Shown: piece after piece, positions 53,394 through 64,000 of the stretch
Layout of the letters: each line of letters starts with the position of its first letter
Position numbering within the stretch: the first letter of the stretch is position 1
Origin: Eledone cirrhosa
Taxonomy: Eukaryota
DNA: 64,000 nt
Direction of reading: 5' to 3'
NCBI GenBank assembly: GCA_964016885.1
Contig: OZ024766.1
Coordinates: 2,294,001-2,358,000 of the forward strand
Position numbers and translations under genes: made by a program
The notes under the pieces: generated by a model
The model's database searches: none
What the model saw: the letters and a program-made list of their open reading frames with translations, nothing else
Told to the model about the DNA's origin: nothing

Positions 53394-54224
53394 ATGGAAG
53401 ACGTTAAACACTTGGACATTTCTACCACACCTGTTTCTACCAATATAGACACAGTTACACAGTCATACAGTGGTGAGAAACCTTTACCTAGTGAAACATG
53501 TACTGAACAGGGATCATTACACAGAAATATTCATGAATATAGCTGTGAGATTTGTAGGAAAACTTTCTCATCAGAAAATGAATTATCTACACACAAACTA
53601 ATACATATTAAAGACAAACATACGGTAGATAAACCCTATCACTGTGACATATGTGATAAATCACTCTCCCAAAAATCCTCTCTTTTCATCCACAAACGGA
53701 GTCACACTGGAGAAAGACCCTTCCATTGTGGAATATGTGGGAAACATTTTGTTACGAATGGTGACTTAACAAAACATAAAAGAACACACACTGGAGAGAA
53801 ACCCTTCCACTGTGAAATATGTGGGAAATCATTCACAGAGAATTCGAACCTCATTAAACACATACGTAGTCACACTGGAGAAAAACCCTTCCATTGTAAA
53901 ATATGTGGGAAATCTTTTGTTTGTAACAGTCATTTAACATCACACATAAGAACACACACTGGAGAAAAACCTTACCACTGTGAAACATGTCGAAAATCTT
54001 TTGTCACTAACAGTGAGCTAACTACACATACAAGAACACATACTGGTGAGAAACCGTACAATTGTGAAATATGTGGGAAATCTTTTACACAGAGTTCTAA
54101 TCTGGCTAGCCACATACGTATTCACACTGGAGAAAAACCCTTTCATTGTGAAATATGTGGAAAATCTTTTGTCTCTAATAGTTATTTCCATAAACACAAA
54201 CTAACACACACTGGAGGGAAATAG
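53394..54224 (+). CDS. C2H2 zinc-finger protein, 8 fingers, 276 aa (ZNF-11)
   Basis: Intact ORF from the conserved ATG (MEDVK). Confidence 0.9.
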   Translation: MEDVKHLDISTTPVSTNIDTVTQSYSGEKPLPSETCTEQGSLHRNIHEYSCEICRKTFSSENELSTHKLIHIKDKHTVDKPYHCDICDKSLSQKSSLFIHKRSHTGERPFHCGICGKHFVTNGDLTKHKRTHTGEKPFHCEICGKSFTENSNLIKHIRSHTGEKPFHCKICGKSFVCNSHLTSHIRTHTGEKPYHCETCRKSFVTNSELTTHTRTHTGEKPYNCEICGKSFTQSSNLASHIRIHTGEKPFHCEICGKSFVSNSYFHKHKLTHTGGK

Positions 54225-54237
54225 AAAAACATGTGGA

Positions 54238-54485
54238 GGTTCCTTACTTTTAGCGGTCGCAATAATGAAAGTAAATTTATTTTCATTTTCGAACGTCGTG
54301 TTTACATTTTGTGTGTGTGTTTAAAGGAAACATGCTGGCGATGAAGCTTCTTCTTTGCACGGCTCCATGTCTTCTCTATGAGCTGTGTGTGCACATCAGG
54401 GTCCGCAGGATCTACAAAGTTCCGTTCGTGCACCACAACATCATGAACGTAAATCCCACCTTTTGTCCACAGACATGATAAAAAA
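54238..54485 (-). mobile_element. Merlin (IS1016/ISXO2-like) DNA transposon fragment
   Basis: YVHDVVVHERNFVDPADPDVHTQLIEKTWSRAK matches the VNH...FVDP..HTQ.IE..W..K C-terminal motif; candidate terminus ggttccttacttttagcgg at 54238. Confidence 0.75.
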
Positions 54486-54644
54486 AATACGTTTAGTAGT
54501 TCTACAGACTCCAAACAATGCTGGGCATTTCTTTGCAGTTAAAATTAAATCTTACAAATATCTTATCCGTGTCTTCTAAAATTCAATAAATTTCATTTAA
54601 ATGCAAAAAAGATTCAGTGTTTTATTTGCAAAAACAACAATCTT

Positions 54645-55110
54645 AGAGGGCAACACCAACACTCCGTGGTGGTGGGTAATTCAGAGGCGCTCTATCACCT
54701 GAGGTAATGCTGTGTCTTGTCTGACAGATTTTAAGGGTCAACACCAACACTCCCTGTGGTGGTGTGTTATTGAGGGTCCCTCTATCACCTGAGGTAATGC
54801 TGTGTCTTGTCTCACAGATTTTAAGGGTCAACACCAACACTCCCTGTGGTGGTGTGTTATTGAGGTCCCTCTATCACCTGAGGTAATGCTGCGTCTTGTC
54901 TCACAGATTTTAAGGGTCAACACCAACACTCCCTGTGGTGGTGTGTTATTGAGGGTCCCTCTATCACCTGAGGTAATGCTGTGTCTTGTCTCACAGATTT
55001 TAAGGGTCAACACCAACACTCCCTGCGGTGGTGTGCTATTGAGGGTCCCTCTATCACCTGAGGTAATGCCGTGTCTCGTCTCAGAAACCTTAAGGTCAAC
55101 ACCAATACCC
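54645..55110 (+). repeat. 90-bp tandem repeat (about 5 copies) of the ZNF 3' element
   Basis: caacaccaacactccctgtggtggtgtgttattgagggtccctctatcacctgaggtaatgctgtg; homologous to sequence 3' of every ZNF gene. Confidence 0.92.
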
Positions 55111-55712
55111 TTTGTGTCGTCTGAGGTCCCTAGGTAATGTCGTCTCCTGGGTTTGACTATTCCTTGAAGTATGAAACACCTGTAATGTTTCTTTTTAAGT
55201 ATCATAAGTAAATAATATATTTTGATTCCTGATGTACCTGTTATGTCCTACAGAACATAAGCTGGCGACATCTGCCAACTAGTTTTCGAGTACGGCCACT
55301 ACTTTACATCCATGTAGGAGAACCCCTAGCGATGCGCTGAACGAGTGTGACTTTTTAGTCCAGCCAGCAACTTGAAAACTCCGGTACAAACACTACACTT
55401 GTGACAATTATTATCCCAGTACAACCCGTCTCATGGTCGGGTCGTTGGCGACTAAACTGGCAACCCCACCAAGGTTTCTTGGTGAGGAGGGTGACTTTGG
55501 ACTAAAAACAAAACCTGTCAAAGGGCAAAGGAGCTCTTAAGAGTCAATGGCCATCCCAAATCACCGGGAGAGATGACTCCTTAGCCTTTGTCAAGGCAGA
55601 ATTCTAGAAGGAAAACTGATATATATATACACACACACACAATATATCCATAAAATGATTTACAGCTTCTGTCGTTTTCTGTTTTACGTGTCTATTGAAA
55701 AATCACGCATAA

Positions 55713-56388
55713 GCAACCACCACTACCACCACCACAACCAACAAGACTACCACCACCACAACCAACAAGACGACCACCACCACAACCAACAAGACGACCA
55801 CCACCACAACCAACAAGACTACCACCACTACCACCACAACCAACAAGACTACCACCACCACAACCAACAAGACGACCACCACCACAACCAACAAGACTAC
55901 CACCACTACCACCACAACCAACAAGACTACCACCACCACAACCAACAAGACTACCACCACCACAACCAACAAGACTACCACCACCACTACCACCACAACC
56001 AACAAGACTACCACCACCACTACCACCACAACCAACAACAAGACTACCACAACCAACAAGACTACCACCACCACCACCACAACCAACAAGACTACCACCA
56101 CCACTACCACCACAACCAACAAGACTACCACCACCACAACCAACAAGACTACCACCACCACAACCAACAAGACTACCACCACCACTACCACCACCACTAC
56201 CACCACAACCAACAACAAGACTACCACAACCAACAAGACTACCACCACCACCACCACCACAACCAACAAGACTACCACCACCACCAACAAGACTACCACC
56301 ACCACAACCAACAAGACTACCACCACCACCACCACAACCAACAAGACTACCACCACCACAACCACCACAACCAACAAGACTACCACAG
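55713..56388. repeat. Compound repeat aaccaacaagactac(cac)n
   Basis: Direct reading. Confidence 0.95.
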
Positions 56389-56684
56389 ATGGTGATGGTG
56401 GTGGTACATAAAAGGAGAGTAATATTTGCTGGCCACCTCCGAGGCTGTGTCCGCATGAGATATGGCTCAACATCAGGCGGGCCACAAGCGCTAATTTACA
56501 TTCGTGCCCCACATTAAAAAAAAAGGGGGTAGTAACTTAGGTTGTTTTGATTTGTTTCTTCAGAATTCGTACACGTTTTTCCTCAATTGTAAAAATGATA
56601 GAAAGATAAATTACAACTGAAAAGTTGGGGTAAAAAGATAAGAAAGATTTGACTTGGGTGACTTAGGTGAGCCCTTCAGAAAGC

Positions 56685-56712
56685 TTCGTGGGCCGCAGGT
56701 TGCTCATGACTG
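56685..56712 (-). mobile_element. Possible hAT-type MITE terminus
   Basis: Reverse complement cagtcatgagcaacctgcggccc resembles hAT ends; partner end not found. Confidence 0.35.
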
Positions 56713-57054
56713 GTGTATAACATCGATCCCACATTTGGACAAGATCATGTTTCTTGGGGATTTCACATCACCATCATCACTCATCGACTACTGTCGAGAT
56801 GATGGATCTCACTCTCATGCCCCAGAATCCCCTGTCCCCCAGGTCCCGTCTACTGATTCCCGTATCCCGAGAGATAACGTCAGGGAATGACAGCTTCCTA
56901 CTCCTAGTCAGGGTTCCAGAGCAAGAGAGCGGATATGATTTCATTGCTGGCACGGTGACAGTGGCCAGCAAATTGAGCTCTCCGGGATTTTAGAAGGGCA
57001 GAGGCTCGAGGGAGTTTGCCATAGATTTTAGACAAGGTGGGATGTCGTTTCCAG

Positions 57055-58160
57055 GATAGGTTTTGGGGATTTCAATGCATGGGTGGGAAAGGACGACCAC
57101 ATCTGGAATGTTTTAGGACATTACAGTATGGGCAAGATGAATGTCAATGGGCTAACCCTTCTGTAATTATACACTGAGTTTGAGATGGTTAGGTGCAATA
57201 CTTTTTTTTCAACAAAAGGAGATCCACAAGGAAACATGGATACACCGAAGATCGAAACATGGACACATCTTGGATTATATCATTTCCAGGAAGAGAGACC
57301 TCCAGGATATCTGCTCTGCATGGTGCAGAAACTGGTACAGACCACAAACTTGTTTGTGGCAAGATGAAGGGGCAGATCAGAAGAAAATTGAGGGCAGCAG
57401 AGGGACAAGTGCCAAAACATAGACGTGTCCTGCAAACTGTAGAAATGCGAGATGCTATTCATAATGTACTTGGGATTGATGTACTTGGTGTTAAGACTGG
57501 GTTCATGTACTTGGTGTTAAGACTGGGTTCATGTACTTGGTGTTAAGACTGGGTTCATGTACTCGGTGTTAAGACTGGGTTCATGTACTCGGTGTTAAGA
57601 CTGGGTTCATGTACTCGGTCTTAAGACTGGGTTCAGGTACTCGGTCTTAAGACTGGGTTCAGGTACTCGGTCTTAAGACTGGGTTCAGGTACTCGGTCTT
57701 AAGACTGGGTTCAGGTACTCGGTCTTAAGACTGGGTTCAGGTACTCGGTCTTAAGACTGGGTTCAGGTACTCGGTCTTAAGACTGGGTTCAGGTACTCGG
57801 TCTTAAGACTGGGTTCAGGTACTCGGTCTAAACACAGGGTTCAGGTACTCGGTCTAAACACAGGGTTCAGGTACTCGGTCTTAAGACTGGGTTCATGTAC
57901 TCGGTCTAAACACAGGGTTCAGGTACTCGGTCTAAACACAGGGTTCAGGTACTCGGTCTTAAGACTGGGTTCATGTACTCGGTCTTAAGACTGGGTTCAG
58001 GTACTCGGTCTTAAGACTGGGTTCATGTACTCGGTCTTAAGACTGGGTTCAGGTACTTGGTCTTAAGACTGGGTTCATGTACTCGGTCTTAAGACTGGGT
58101 TCATGTACTCGGTCTAAACACTGGTTTGATGATAATGTTGCTGCAATCACCAAGCTAAAA
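57055..58160 (+). mobile_element. RTE LINE AP-endonuclease fragment
   Basis: LGDFNAWVG...NVNG...CNTFF..KETWIHRRSKHGHILDYII...TDHKLV; resumes with WFDDN after the 26-bp array. Confidence 0.85.
57481..58122. repeat. 26-bp minisatellite, about 24 copies, inside the LINE
   Basis: Unit gtactcggtcttaagactgggttca(g/t). Confidence 0.95.
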
Positions 58161-58329
58161 GAAAGAAGCTGTATGAGACGTGCCTTGTTACAGAGGGTCC
58201 ACTGAAGACCTCTTCAATCACTGAGGTAATAAACGAACGCTCAATTTATTTTGGTCGATCTCATTATAAAGAATTTTTCGTGACAAATTTTTGTTTACAA
58301 CCCATGAAGTTCGTTATAACAGAATTTCA

Positions 58330-58365
<36 letters not shown>

Positions 58366-58452
58366 GAATACTGAATAAACATTTTGAGGCCCCGAATATG
58401 GATACATGATACCAGTAATTATTTAAAAATTACAAAAGAAAAAAAAGTTTAA

Positions 58453-59405
58453 CCCTTTAGCATTTACATTACTCTATATATACTATTGTATTTTCACAGT
58501 ACAGGCTTTACCTCACATAACATTTACATTACTCTATATATACTATTGTATTGTCACAGTAAAGGCTTTACCTCACATAATATCTCACAACATTTATATT
58601 ACTCTATATATACTATTGTATTTTCACAGTAAAGGCTTTACCTCACATAACATTTACATTACTCTATATATAATATTGTATTTTCACAGTAAAGGCTTTA
58701 CCTCACATAATATCTCATAACATTTACATTACTCTATATATACTATTGTATTGTCACAGTAAAGGCTTTACCTCACATAACATTTACATTACTCTATATA
58801 TACTATTGTATTGTCACAGTAAAGGCTTTACCTTACATAATATCTCACATAACATTTACATTACTCTATATATACTATTGTATTGTCACAGTAAAGGCTT
58901 TACCTCACATAATATCTCACACAACATTTACATTACTCTATATATACTATTGTATTTTCACAGTAAAGGCTTTACCTCACATAACATCTACATTACTCTA
59001 TATATACTATTGTATTGTCACAGTAAAGGCTTTACCTCACATAATACCTCACATAACATTACATTACTCTATATATACTATTGTATTGTCACAGTAAAGG
59101 CTTTACCTCACATAATACCTCACATAACATTACATTACTCTATATATACTATTGTATTGTCACAGTAAAGGCTTTACCTCACATAATACCTCACATAACA
59201 TTACATTACTCTATATATACTATTGTATTGTCACAGTAAAGGCTTTACCTCACATAATACCTCACATAACATTACATTACTCTATATATACTATTGTATT
59301 GTCACAGTAAAGGCTTTACCTCACATAACATTACATTACTCTATATATACTATAGAAGAGGTGAGGGAGTTCTGACCAGTTACGGCCGGTTTAAATGCTA
59401 AAGGG
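58453..59405 (+). mobile_element. piggyBac-like MITE with internal 60/71-bp tandem expansion
   Basis: TTAA on both sides (58449, 59406); 14-bp perfect TIR CCCTTTAGCATTTA; about 14 internal copies. Confidence 0.88.
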
Positions 59406-59479
59406 TTAATGAAATGAAATGAAAAATTGAAAGAAAATCTACAAATATTTATTTTATTGTCCCTGGAGAGAAATAAAGA

Positions 59480-60200
59480 GGAGATGGCGGGGATAATAGA
59501 GATGGTGGTGGTGGTGACAATAGAGATGATGGTGGTGGCGGGGATAATAGAGATGATGGTGGTGGCGGCAGGGATAATAGAGATGGTGGTGGTGGTGGCG
59601 GCGGGGGGGACAATAGAGATGGTGGTGGTGGTGGTGGGGACAATAGAGATGGTGGTGGTGGTGGTGGGGACAATAGAGATGGTGGTGACGGTGGGGACAA
59701 TAGAGATGGTGGTGGTGGTGGCGGGGACAATAGAGATGGTGGTGGTGGCGGTGGGGACAATAGAGATGGTGGTGGTGGTGACAATAGAGATGGTGGTGGA
59801 AGAAATGGTGGGTGGCTAAGAGGGGAGTGGTGGGCAGAGAGTAGTGGGAGGTGCCTGGGTAAGAGAGAGGTGAGAATGTGAGTGGTGGTGTAAGGGGGAA
59901 GACTACGATGGGGGGGGGCGTATAGAGATAGAAGAATGTAAAAGGGAGGAGAAAAAGAGAGAGAGGGAGGGGTGACAGAGGAAGAGACAGAGGGAGGGGG
60001 TGATAGAGGAAGAGAGAGGGGGAGGGAGGGAGGAGACAGAGAGGGGAGGGGGTGACAGGAAGATAGAGAGGGGGAGGGGGAGACAGGAAGATAGAGGGGG
60101 AGGGGGAGACCGGAAGATAGAGAGGGGAGGGGAGAAACAGAGGAAGAGAGAGAGGGAGGAGACAGAGAGAGAGGGGGAACAGAGGAAGAGAGAGAGAGTG
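59480..60200. repeat. gggacaatagagat(ggt)n repeat followed by GA-rich low-complexity sequence
   Basis: Direct reading. Confidence 0.88.
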
Positions 60201-60342
60201 AGTAAAGTTTCATATAGAGAGAAAAATGATTGATTTCCAGTGTTTATCAATTTATTGGAACTGAACTATTGAACTTAGTTTAAAACATTTAAAGAAAAAA
60301 ATATATTTTAAAAAATATAAAACTGACGTTAATTGGAAGTCA

Positions 60343-60536
60343 TGTGTGTGTATATATGTATATATATATATATATGTGAGTGTGTATGTGTGTGTATATA
60401 TATATATATATGTGAGTGTGTATGTGTGTGTATATATGTGTGTGTATGTGTGTGTATATATATATATATATGTGAGTGTATATATATATATGTGAGCGTG
60501 TGTATATCTATATATATATATGAGTGTGTGTGTATG

Positions 60537-60569
<33 letters not shown>

Positions 60570-60680
60570 ATATATATGTGAGTGTGTGTGTATGTATATA
60601 TATATATATATATATATATGAGTGTGTATATATATATATATATATATGCGAGTGTGTGTGTGTGTATATATATATATACA

Positions 60681-60711
<31 letters not shown>

Positions 60712-61039
60712 GTGAGTGTGTGTGTGTGTATGTATATATGTGAGTGTGTGTGTGTATGTATATATGTGAGTGTGTGTGTGTATGTATATATATATATAAC
60801 TTGTGTATGTAGATATATATATATATGTGAGTGTGTGTGTTTATATATATATGTGTGTATATATATGTAGAGACATGTATATATACATGCATGTACTCAT
60901 GTATGCAGATATATACACATATATATAAATACACTCATAAATATATATACATACATACACATACACACATACATACATAAATATATATATATATACATAC
61001 ATACACATACACACATACATACATAAATATATATATATA

Positions 61040-61089
<50 letters not shown>

Positions 61090-61263
61090 AATACACATAC
61101 ATACATATATATATACATACATATAAATACATATATATACATACATATACATATATATACATACATATACATACATACATATACATATATATATATATAT
61201 ACATACATATACATACATATACATATATATATATATATACATACATACATACATAGATATATA

Positions 61264-61299
<36 letters not shown>

Positions 61300-61355
61300 C
61301 ACATACTTATATATATATATATATATATATACATACATACATACATACTCATATA
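60343..61355. repeat. Mixed TA/TG/TACA microsatellite
   Basis: Direct reading. Confidence 0.95.
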
Positions 61356-61360
61356 ATAAT

Positions 61361-61472
61361 AATTGTTTCTACATTTGGCACAAGGCCAGCAATTACCCCA
61401 GTGTATTACTGGTACTTTATTTTATCGACCCCGTAAGGATGAAAGGCAAAATTAACCTTGGCGGGATTTGAG
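61361..61472 (-). mobile_element. SINE fragment
   Basis: Single-copy homolog of the 77-bp unit at 7451, ending ggcgggatttgag (B-box-like on the minus strand). Confidence 0.7.
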
Positions 61473-61523
61473 TAATAATATTAAAAGCAACAAAGAACCA
61501 ATGCTTCATCACACACACATATT

Positions 61524-61863
61524 ACACATGTTTCATTGCCGATCCGCTCGAGGCACGACCGATGCTTCATCCAGACTCTAGAGCAGGAAGCCCCCCAGAG
61601 ATGTCTTTACACATGTTTCATTGCCGATCCGCTCAAGGCACGACCGATGCTTCATCCAGACTCTAGAGCAGGAAGCCCCTCAGAGATGTCTTTACACATG
61701 TTTCATTGCCGATCCGCTCGAGGCACGACCGATGCTTCATCCAGACTCTAGAGCAGGAAGGCCCTCAGAGATGTCTTTACACATGTTTCATTGCCGATCC
61801 GCTCGAGGCACGACCGATGCTTCATCCAGACTCTAGAGCAGGAAGCCCCTCAGAGATGTCTTC
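61524..61863. repeat. 85-bp tandem repeat, 4 copies
   Basis: Repeated ORF starts at 61536, 61621 and 61706 give period 85. Confidence 0.93.
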
Positions 61864-62126
61864 CCACATAGGGGCCCACGTCCAAGCGAGGTTGTATTGT
61901 TTTAAATCGCTCGGTACACTATTTCAGGCTCTGCCACACAAATGTGTCAGCGTCGCCTTCATCATGTGGGGGGGAGGGGAGGTCGTTCCTTGAGCAGACC
62001 GGCAGTGAAACATATGTAACATGTAATTAAATATGTATATTTGAGGCAACACTGATTATTTGTTCCCTAATTACTATTATTATTGAAACTCTGCTCCCCT
62101 ACGGACGCAATTCAATTGTACCACTA

Positions 62127-62840
62127 ATACATATATGTGTGTGTGTGTGTGTGTATATATATATTTATGAATGTGTGTGCGTGTATATATATACAAATAT
62201 ATATATACATGTATATATACATATATATATACATGTATATATACATGTATATATACATGTATATAAACACATATATATATATATATACATGTATATAAAC
62301 ATATATTAACATGTATATATATACACATATATATATATACATGTATATAAACATATATATATACACACATATATATATATATATACATGTATATAAACAT
62401 ATATTAACATGTATACATACACACATATATATAAACATATATATATATACATACACACATATATATATACATATATATATACATACACATATATATATAT
62501 AAACATATATACACATATATATATATAAATATATATATATATACATATATACACATATATATACATAAATATATATATATATATACATATATACACACTG
62601 TTCTTTAAATGGTATCACCAGCAATAACAGAGATGGGGGGAGGGGTGGTCTGACGTGGTGGTGGTAGTAGTAGTAGTAGTAGCAGTAGTAGTAGAAATGA
62701 TAGTGTTCATGATGATGATGATGGTGGTGGTGGCAGTAGAAGTGGTGGTAGTAGTTGTAGTAATAGTGGTACATGCAATGATAATGGTAGTAGTAGTAGT
62801 AGTAGTAGCGATGGCTGTGGTGGTAGATGTAATAATGATG

Positions 62841-62875
<35 letters not shown>

Positions 62876-62930
62876 GGTGGCAGTAATGTTTGTGAAACAA
62901 TGATAATGACAATGATGATGATGATGGTGG
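62127..62930. repeat. TA/CA microsatellite and mixed GTA/GTG/GAT trinucleotide tract
   Basis: Direct reading. Confidence 0.92.
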
Positions 62931-63227
62931 TTAAATATAACACACATCAGCCACAGTGGTTGGCTCCCCTCCTCTTAGTGTTCCATTCTTCCAACATCAC
63001 TGTCCCTTCCATCAATAGACATCCCTTCAGATTTTGTTAGGTCCATGTCTGCTGAGAAACAAGAAAAAAAAAAAAAATGTATATATAATTATGTCCGCCT
63101 TGCCTATGTACAAAGCGAAACCTACTGTCAGTAGGCACCTCTCAACCAAATATACACCCCAATCCACTACCCTATCCTCCCACTAACACCACGAGAAGAT
63201 GAGATCGAGATCGTGTAGGTGTCACGA

Positions 63228-64000
63228 CAAAAACACACCCAGTCCACGCTGTAATGTGGCCGTGTAGGTAACACGGTAAAAACCTCCCAGTCCACGCTGT
63301 AATGTGGCCGTGTAGGTAACATGGTAAAAACCTCCCAGTCCACACTGTAATGTGGCCGTGTAGGTAACACGGTAAAAACCTCCCAGTCCACACTGTAATG
63401 TGGCCGTGTAGGTAACACGGTAAAAACCTCCCAGTCCACACTGTAATGTGGTAGTGTAGGTAACACGGTAAAAACCTCCCAGTCCACACTGTAATGTGGC
63501 CGTGTAGGTAGCACGGTAAAAGGTTCCCAGTCCACACTGTAATGTGGCCGTGTAGGTAACACGGTAAAAGGTTCCCAGTCCACACTGTAATGTGGCCGTG
63601 TAAGTAACACGGTAAAAGGTTCCCAGTCCACGCTGTAATGTGGCCTTGTAGGTAACACGGTAAAAGGTTCCCAGTCCACACTGTAATGTGGCCGTGTAAG
63701 TAACACGGTAAAAGGTTCCCAGTCCACGCTGTAATGTGGCCGTGTAGGTAACACGGTAGAAAGCACCCAGTCCACGCTGTAATGTGGCCTTGTAGGTAAC
63801 ATGGTAAAAGGTTGCCAGTCCACACTGTAATGTGGCCGTGTAGGTAACACGGTAAAAAGTTGCCAGTCCACGCTGTAATGTGGTCGTGTAGGTAACACGG
63901 TAAAAGGTTGCCAGTCCACACTGTAATGTGGCCGTGTAGGTAACACGGTAAAAACACACAGTCCACGCTGTAATGTGGCCGTGTAGGTAGCACGGTAAAA
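63228..64000. repeat. 48-bp minisatellite, about 16 copies, runs off the window end
   Basis: Unit ccagtccacactgtaatgtggccgtgtaggtaacacggtaaaaggttc; period 48 at 63241/63289. Confidence 0.95.

Noticed and set aside
55655-56512. His/Gln-rich 246-aa ORF and Gly-rich or Val-rich antisense ORFs
   Set aside because: A simple repeat lacking stops in several frames; no independent evidence of coding
59427-63993. ORFs in microsatellites and in the 85-bp and 48-bp repeats
   Set aside because: Low-complexity or tandem-repeat translations open in multiple frames

Overview
AT-rich, repeat-dense animal genomic DNA. The repeat fragments and zinc-finger style suggest a cephalopod (octopus-like), which is my recognition and not a database result. 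1-7050 is a 41/30-bp satellite that flips orientation at a hairpin junction (about 5570) and carries a small RTE-LINE insert. 8260-54300 is a cluster of C2H2 zinc-finger (ZNF) genes with no recognisable effector domain: one + strand gene, nine tandem - strand genes (one frameshifted), a + strand 3' remnant and a final + strand gene. Each array gene sits in a 3.3-6 kb cassette made of a conserved upstream block, the ZNF ORF, a 90-bp 3' element, a polyA signal, a 72-bp VNTR, a CRE-derived 90/100-bp VNTR and an RTE-LINE fragment. The proteins have constant first and last fingers around a shuffled, variable middle of shared finger types. 54300-64000 holds transposon debris (Merlin, RTE, piggyBac MITE, SINE) plus mini- and microsatellites, several amplified from inside transposons. 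No CRISPR, rRNA or tRNA genes are supported. Repeat and TE boundaries are read by eye and are approximate.
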